From contig OZ024741.1 in NCBI GenBank assembly GCA_964016885.1, positions 203,980,001-204,044,000 of the forward strand: a stretch of DNA of 64,000 nt. Reading direction: 5' to 3'. The DNA is from Eledone cirrhosa. Its lineage: Eukaryota. The position numbers and the translations under genes are program-made. Shown here one piece after another: positions 56,961 to 64,000 of this stretch. The notes below the pieces were generated by a model. The model was not told the origin of the DNA. It was given only the letters and a program-made list of their open reading frames with translations, and searched no databases. Position 1 is the first letter of the stretch. The number at the start of each line of letters is the position of its first letter.

Positions 56961-58955
56961 GTTAGTATGTGGGCCTTCTGTAGTAGAACAAATTGCCAGT
57001 CAACTTGGATGTTATCTCTTTCATAAGGTTCAATTTCGTGAGGTCAGTCTTTACCACATCATCCCAAGTTTTCTTAGTCCTAGCTCTTCCACAGCTTCCA
57101 TCAATTTAGGGTGTCCTACACTTCTTTATGTAGCTGTCATGTCCATAACATCATAGTCTTATCATTTGTACACTGCATCTCATCTTTTTATGCTAAATAC
57201 TACACACCATAGACACACACACAGATACACACACACATACACACACACACACACATACACATACAAACACTAACAAACAAACAATAAACAATTTGCATTT
57301 CTCCTGTAATAAATTATTCACTCGATTTCATTCCATCAATGATTTCCCTGTGAATGTTGAACAGTTTGTGGTGCCATAGTGTCTCATCTCTATAGTTGTC
57401 CAGCTATTAGTTTTGATCAGAGTCCCTTGTTAAAAATAATCCTTATCAGACATTTACAAGAAAAACACAACTGTATCTCCTTTGAAGCTTTGCTATACTC
57501 AGCATGGTTTTTCTTCTATTCTTATTACAACTTTTTTTTTAGTGTCACTAACATGCTAATCTCATGATTCCCTTTTGCATTATGCTATCCAGAATTATAC
57601 ATAAGATGTTTATATATGGGAATTAACAGTTGTTACACTTTTCCTACTGCAGTGAAAGGGAATATATTATATCAAAGCTTATGTCTCAGGAAAGAATCAC
57701 TGGACAGATTTTACGGGCAAAACCAACAGATAGGGGACCCAGGGCAGACCCCAAGCCAGATGGTTGGATAACATCCATGAGCTTTGATTGTCATGCTGGG
57801 GGATCCAGCCAGATTAGTTGGAGAGGGTTCTTCTGACAGGACCCACTGGAAGGAGTGCTTGAGGACTCTTCCCCCACGACCTTCTCAGGAGTAAGTGGGT
57901 GAAGAAGAAGAAGCTTATGTGTCTGTGGCATAAAATGTATGTCACACTTTGGAAAAGGGATGGTAAAAGAGAGAAAGAGAGTTGTAGAGACAGTAGTGGT
58001 GGTGGCAGTGGAGGCTGTAATGGTGGTAGTGCTGCTGCTGATGATGAGTATGATGCTGCTGAATTTTTCTGTTTTTTTAAACCTACACAGTTAGAAAAAT
58101 CTTCCATTTTTGGTAGTTTCAGTCATTTGTTCAATTCATTCTATTTGTTTTGTTGTATTGTATACATTAATAATTGAGTACTGCATATATTATTTCTGTG
58201 AATATATTTAAAATTTCATAAAGATCTCTAATACTTGGTAGTTGTTTCTAATTCAACCATGGAATTTCCACAGGGTCAGTTAGTCTATATCATAATGACT
58301 GTACATTCTTTTTGTCCACCTGTAACACAAACACAACAAGGACCTGTCAAAAACTGTAAAATGGTTGGGGTTATGAAGGGCCTCCAGTCATAGAAACCAA
58401 GCCTAATAACAGATCCATATGAGCAAGACATGACCTGACTTGTTTCATAACATAACCTATCAAATAAAAGTAGCGAAATGGCTACCTATTGTCACGGACG
58501 ACTGCTGTATTCTAGTAAACGAAGCAAGTTGCTACATGTGAAGTCATGCTGCATGAAATATCAACCAGTATGCAGTATTGTACTTTAGCGGTAAATTAAA
58601 AATAAAATATATTAAGAATATGTGGCTTGATAGATCTCAATCAAATTTTAAAATAAAAAACAGAATTGCAAAGAAATACAGAGGTAATTGAATCATGAAA
58701 ATATATTTTCTCACAATTTTTCATGCCTATTTGTTATTTGGGGGGAAAATATTCTATTTATAGTTAAAACAGGGCTATAGGGGAAAATATTTGCTAGTAC
58801 TAGATGTATGCTACAGCCTGTCCTCATGAGAGATATATGGAAGAGTAGGTGGGGGATGGTGCTATATATATATATACACACACACTCACTCACACATACT
58901 CATATATATATATATGTATATATATATGTATATATATATATGTATATATATATAT

Positions 58956-59255
58956 GGAGGCACATGGCTTAGTGGTTAGAGCATTGGCCTTGCAATCGAA
59001 AGGTTGTGAGTTCAATTCTCAGACCGGGTGATGTGTTGTTTCCTTGAGCAAGACACTTTATTTCACATTGCTCCAGTTTACTCAGCTGCAAAGTGGTCGT
59101 GGAGGTGCCACGGCAAAATAGCACACAGCACTCACTGTAAATGAGGTTGGTGTTAGGAAGGGCATCCAGCTGTAGAAATCAAGCCAGAATCAGTTCCCGT
59201 CCCACCCTTGCAAGCAGGGAAAAGTGGACGTAAAATGATGATGATGATGATGATG
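58956..59255 (+). mobile_element. tRNA-derived SINE, family 2, with an RTE-derived 3' tail
   Basis: A box TGGCTTAGTGG, B box GAGTTCAATTC, core ccttgagcaagacactt, (ATG)n tail. Related heads at ~2990-3062(-), 14430, 33025, 37450, 38840(-) and 40095. Confidence 0.85.
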
Positions 59256-59274
59256 ATATATATATATATATATT

Positions 59275-62020
59275 AAAGAGAAACCAGAAATATCGGGATA
59301 TGGGATAGACCACAGTCATTAGAAACCAAAAATAATCTATCTCTTACAAAAATTGCTAACACCCATACAAATATTCGAGGTAAAGGACTAAAATTTACAC
59401 CCACTCCTCAAAAAACAGAAGTTAAAGATGACAATACAAACTATGAAGAAGCCAAAGACTACAAACGCCATGAAGAGATGAAACAACTCACTGATTTACT
59501 ACTCTCATACCAAAACTGCCTAATTGCTAAAGAATTAGATTATCTCAATAATATTAGATGTGAAACGAGTAATTTCTATCATTTTACGTCCGCTTTTCCT
59601 TGCTTGCAAGGGTGGGATGGATCTTATTCAGCATCTCTCCACTTGTCACGGTCCTTCGTCATCTCCACCGTGAGCTTCAGCAATCTGAGGTCTGTTCTCA
59701 CCACCTCCACCCATGTTTTTCGTGGTCTACCTCTACCACGTCTTCCTTCAACTGGCATTTCCTGGCACTTCTTCACCCATCGGTCATCCTCCATGTGCAT
59801 CACATGTCCATACCACCGCAGTCTCCTCTCTCGCACACTACATTCTATCCCTCTCAGACACAGTTTCTCTCTCAACACACCCATGCTGGGTCGTTCATTG
59901 ACATTACACATCCAATGGAGCATGCTTGCCTCATTTCTCCCCCAGCCGTCGCATATCCTCTGCAGTTGCTGCCCATGTCTCACTACCATGCAGCATCGCG
60001 CTCCTCACACAGGCATCATATAACCGGCCTTTCATACGCAGGGAGAAACCCTTCTCCGTCAGCAGAGAAAGCAGCTCCATAAACTTCTTCCAACCCGTCC
60101 TTATTCTAGATACTATGGCTTCGGAACACCCCCACCCCCATGCTAATCTGATCTCCTAGGTACCGGAAGCTATCCACCACTTCTATAGCACCCGCCTGCA
60201 TTTGAAAAATGTGTCTATCAATGCGACTTCTACTGTCTAATTTCCCTGTACATCTACTGCATACGTATTTCTCCCTACCTGTTAGTTTGCCTGCTGTCTC
60301 ACTACATCTCTTGTGTACCCAGGATCTGGATTGTGTGCATTTTATAGAATTTATGCCAGTTCCTTTGCTGCATATCGAACATGGCCATTTCCCTGACAGA
60401 ATCAGAGTTTTGTCCTCTTTTCTACTCATCAACACTTTTGTCTTAGCTAGGTTCACTCTCAGTCCTCTTGCTTCCATCTGCTGTTTCCATAGCCAGAATT
60501 TATTCTCTAGCTCCTTTACTGATTCTGCTATAAGAACCAGATCGTCAGCATAGAGAAGTTCCCATGGACAGCCAGTCTTAAACTCCTCTGTTATGGCTTG
60601 GAGGACTATAACGAACAAGAGCGGGCTGAGGACCGAATCTTGATGTACTCCTACTTGTATCTGGAATTCCTCACTAAACTCCATTCCTACCTTCACTTTA
60701 CTGACAGCACCTCTGTTCAAAGTTTGCACTGTCCTCACAAGCCATTCCTCAACACCTAGTTTCCTTAGGGACCACCAGATGACAGATTGGGGTACCCTAT
60801 CAAAGGCCTTCAACAAAGGCTAAGTATAGTGACTTATTCTTCTCTAAGAACCTCTCTTGTAATTGTCTCACCAAGAAGAGGGCATCTGTTGTACTTTTCC
60901 CAGGCACAAAACCAAACTGCATCTCATCTAGTTTGACCCTTTCTCTAATTAGTTGTGCTAATATCCTTTCTGCCACTTTCATAGCCTGATCCATCAGTTT
61001 TATACCCCTATAATTGCTCCTCTCCAGAGCATTCCCTTTACTTTTGTAGCGATTTATGAGAATACTACTGCACCAGTCTTTGGGTATGACACCACCATAT
61101 ATAGCCTGATTGATGATGCGTGCAACCAGTTTAGTGCCTATGGCCCCTGATGCCTTCAGCATCTCAGCAACTATCCCTGACAGTCCAGCAGCCTTACCAT
61201 TTTTCATTTCCTTAATCGCCTCTTGGACCCTATATTCGTCAATCTCAATAGCTGGTCCCTCTATCAGATCTACTGAGGATAATTTCTCTCTCTCCCATTC
61301 GTTCTCCACATTCATCAGTCTCTCATAATGACATTTCCAGGCCTCCTTTTTCTGATCATTCGTGACACTAAGTACACCGGCATCATTCCGGACACATTTA
61401 TCTCTAACAACATCCTGATTTGCATTGACACACTGCCTTGCAATGTGGAACACCGCACGCCTCTGATCTTCCTGTCACAGAACATTGGCACACCTCCTAC
61501 TCTCAGCCTCCCTGCGTGCTAAGTACACCTGATGTCTAGCTTCTCTCTTAGCGGCTGTATATCCTTCTTTACTCCCAGCCTTTTCCAAGCCTTCCATAAA
61601 TTAATGAGACATGCAAAATGGCAAAAAGCAATTGCATTAAAACACCTATACCATGATAACAGGCCCAATTTGTGAAACACACCACCTAAGCAATTTCTTA
61701 GACATTTTATTGAAACCTCTCCTCAAACACATTCAGAATTTCTCAAATATCTACCAGATAATGTAAGCCAAAACACTTACATGGAATCAAAACCATCAAA
61801 TACTGACTAGACTCATTCCCTTATGAACTACCATACCACATCAATAAGAATTTTATTGTAGATGCACTTGAATTCATCTTGAAAAACAATTATTTCATGT
61901 TCAATGAAAGAGTTTACCAGCAGAAATCAGGAACAGCCATAGGGACAAAAGTTGTGCCAACATATGCCATCCTAGTCATGGGATACCATGAATTACAAAT
62001 TTACAACAAAAAAACAGAAC
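59275..62020 (+). pseudogene. Second, older Penelope-like RT relic split by the RTE insertion (59275-59577 and 61598-62020)
   Basis: GLKFTPTP and ETSNFY on the left; LSNFLDILLKP and FILKNNYFMFNERVYQQKSGTAIGTKVVPTYA on the right. Confidence 0.75.
59578..61597 (-). mobile_element. RTE-clade LINE, 5'-truncated (RT with an inserted PHD-like Cys cluster)
   Basis: NYRGIKL, QFGFVPGKST, KAFDRVP, GVHQDSVLSP, LYADDL, CSIC..CTQS..WVHKRC..CSRC, RLRWYGHV..RGRGRPRKTW; frameshifted. Confidence 0.93.
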
Positions 62021-62202
62021 AATATATATAGAGAGCGGGGGGTAAGAGAGAGTGGTTTGAAATAGAAATAGAAGCTTTGCCATAATATTTTTTACTATAA
62101 TATGGTATAATAATGGGGTGTATAAATTCACTGAACCGGAAAAGATGGGTATCAGCCTGTACATTTATATACATACATGCATATATGTATCTTCATATAT
62201 AT

Positions 62203-62659
62203 ATATTGTTATACTTTGGGAGGGTCATGCTGCCAATAAGAAACACACGCACCAGTTGCTTTCACTTCAATTTATTATAAATTTCCGGTTGGATGGTTCC
62301 ACAATCGGATGGTTGTTCATATATTGTCAAAGTTCTTATGTCACACATGCGCAAACTAAGCACACAACACACACAAAAACAAGATGGCATAAGACAGAAC
62401 AAAGGAGAGGCACAAAACAAATAAAAGAATCCCCAGTCACTGAAGAGGTCACAGAATGTGTGATGAAAGAACTTTGACAATATATGAACAACCATCCGGT
62501 TGTGGAACCAACCAACCAACCGGAAATTTATAATGAATTGAAGTGAAAGCATCTAGTGCGTGTGATTCTTATTGGCAACATGACCCTCCCAAATTATAAC
62601 AATATCGGTTTCAACACACGTTTTCAGATAAAGAATCTTGCAAAACAAATTCAGAAACG

Positions 62660-62662
<3 letters not shown>
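62203..62662 (+). repeat. Fold-back element family B, long copy, with hammerhead-like fold at 62436-62478
   Basis: Arms ~62203-62331 / 62473-62605; gtca|CTGAAGA|g gtcaca gaatg tgtgat|GAAA G aa C TT|tgac. Confidence 0.75.
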
Positions 62663-62707
<45 letters not shown>

Positions 62708-64000
62708 AATATTACAAAAAAACGAAGGTTAAAAACTTACATTCATTCCTCCATTTCTACGTCCACTTCAATGCAGCAACAAGGGCATGTGCATGAACAA
62801 TTTGAAATACATTTAAGTTAATAGGTTGTTAACCTTGCTTTTTGTAATATTGAATATTAATGGTCTGCTACCTGAACTGTCCTCAACAACAAGATCTTAT
62901 TCATGACTTATTCATCCATTTTAAACTCCTGATGAACTGAGGATTGTACTGTGCATAGAGCTTCTCTCATTGTACCAAAGATAATAGTGAAGTACTCCAC
63001 TATAATCACATACATTATATATATGTACATATGATGATGATGGCTGCAACTCGATTTCGAGTAATGCCATCGCTTGATACTTAAGCATGAGCATCAGGGA
63101 TGTGGCTTTTAGTCCAGCTAAGGATTCCTATGCCCAGCAATACCATGCATTGCAAAAGCACATATCAAACGATTCCTGTGCTTGAAGATTTTTTAAGTGA
63201 GGAAAGGCTTTGCACAGGGCCAATCCCACTCTTTGAACATCAAATGCATTTGCCCAAAAAGTAGAACTGGTCTACATCATTGGATGTAAACGAAGTCACA
63301 GGTTTTATATCAGAGTGACCTTCTCCAGGAGAGATATCTTAATGAAGACTAGGAGTCCCGCGCTCCACACAGAAAAAAAAACTTAATTGGATGGCCATTG
63401 ACTCTCCTGAGTTCCTCTGCTCTTTGACGGGTTTTGTTTTTCATCCCACAGGGTTTTAAAATCACCCTCCTCACCAAGAAAGCTTGGTGGGGTTGCTGGT
63501 TTAGTCACCAATGACCCGATCATGCACAGGTTATACTGGGTTACATGCTACCAGAGCGAGCTGACATAAATATATACATACATACTTACATTTAAAAAAT
63601 CCCTCCATTGGCTATATGAACAGAATGAAGCTACACTGGAATGAAATACATCCAGAGCTAAATCACTTCACAGCCAAACAATTATACCGACAAGCAATGT
63701 TTGTTGAATGTAAAAATAACATGAACATTATTAATTGCAAGTTCCCCAGAACAAACATGGAATCAACAACATGTGCTACAAGTCGCCACACTACTAGACT
63801 TTCTAGCAGCTAGGTCAAGCAGTCCCTTGAAACAACTATGCCTGTAAGAAATTTGACACCATGAGTCTCATCTGAGTCTACCTCGACTCTTGTGGAAAAT
63901 ACTATTGATAATAATAATAATCAAAAGTATAAACAATTTAAATCTTCCAGAGAGAAATTAATTCATGTATAAACATTTCTCTTGCTGAACATTATAAACA

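Noticed and set aside
58956-59030. tRNA gene
   Set aside because: A and B boxes continue into a SINE body and tail; no convincing cloverleaf. The same applies to 2990-3062.

Overview
AT-rich, repeat-dense animal genomic DNA. The SINE families and huge (TA)n/(TATG)n arrays suggest an Octopus-like coleoid cephalopod (inference). The only host gene I can support is the 3' end of a class I myosin (MYO1D/Myo31DF-like, TH1 tail): six + strand exons from 764 to 16639 that splice in frame. The rest is mobile DNA: a decayed Helitron carrying 19 copies of a 69-bp (23-aa, STPR-like) repeat; a near full-length Penelope-like retroelement (RT + C-terminal GIY-YIG) with 129-bp inverted termini between kb-scale TA arrays; CR1-, RTE-, L1/Tx1- and CRE-type LINE relics; tRNA-derived SINEs; and several MITEs. 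The most striking unannotated signal is a dozen or more short (150-800 bp), non-coding, sequence-diverse elements in TA microsatellites. They share one architecture: a fold-back palindrome (or short direct repeat), a whole or partial type I hammerhead ribozyme, and a one-sided tail. This mirrors the end of the large Penelope-like element. Three hammerhead folds lie on the sense strand of the myosin's last intron and 3' flank. All folds and alignments were done by eye, and TE boundaries are approximate unless terminal motifs are quoted.
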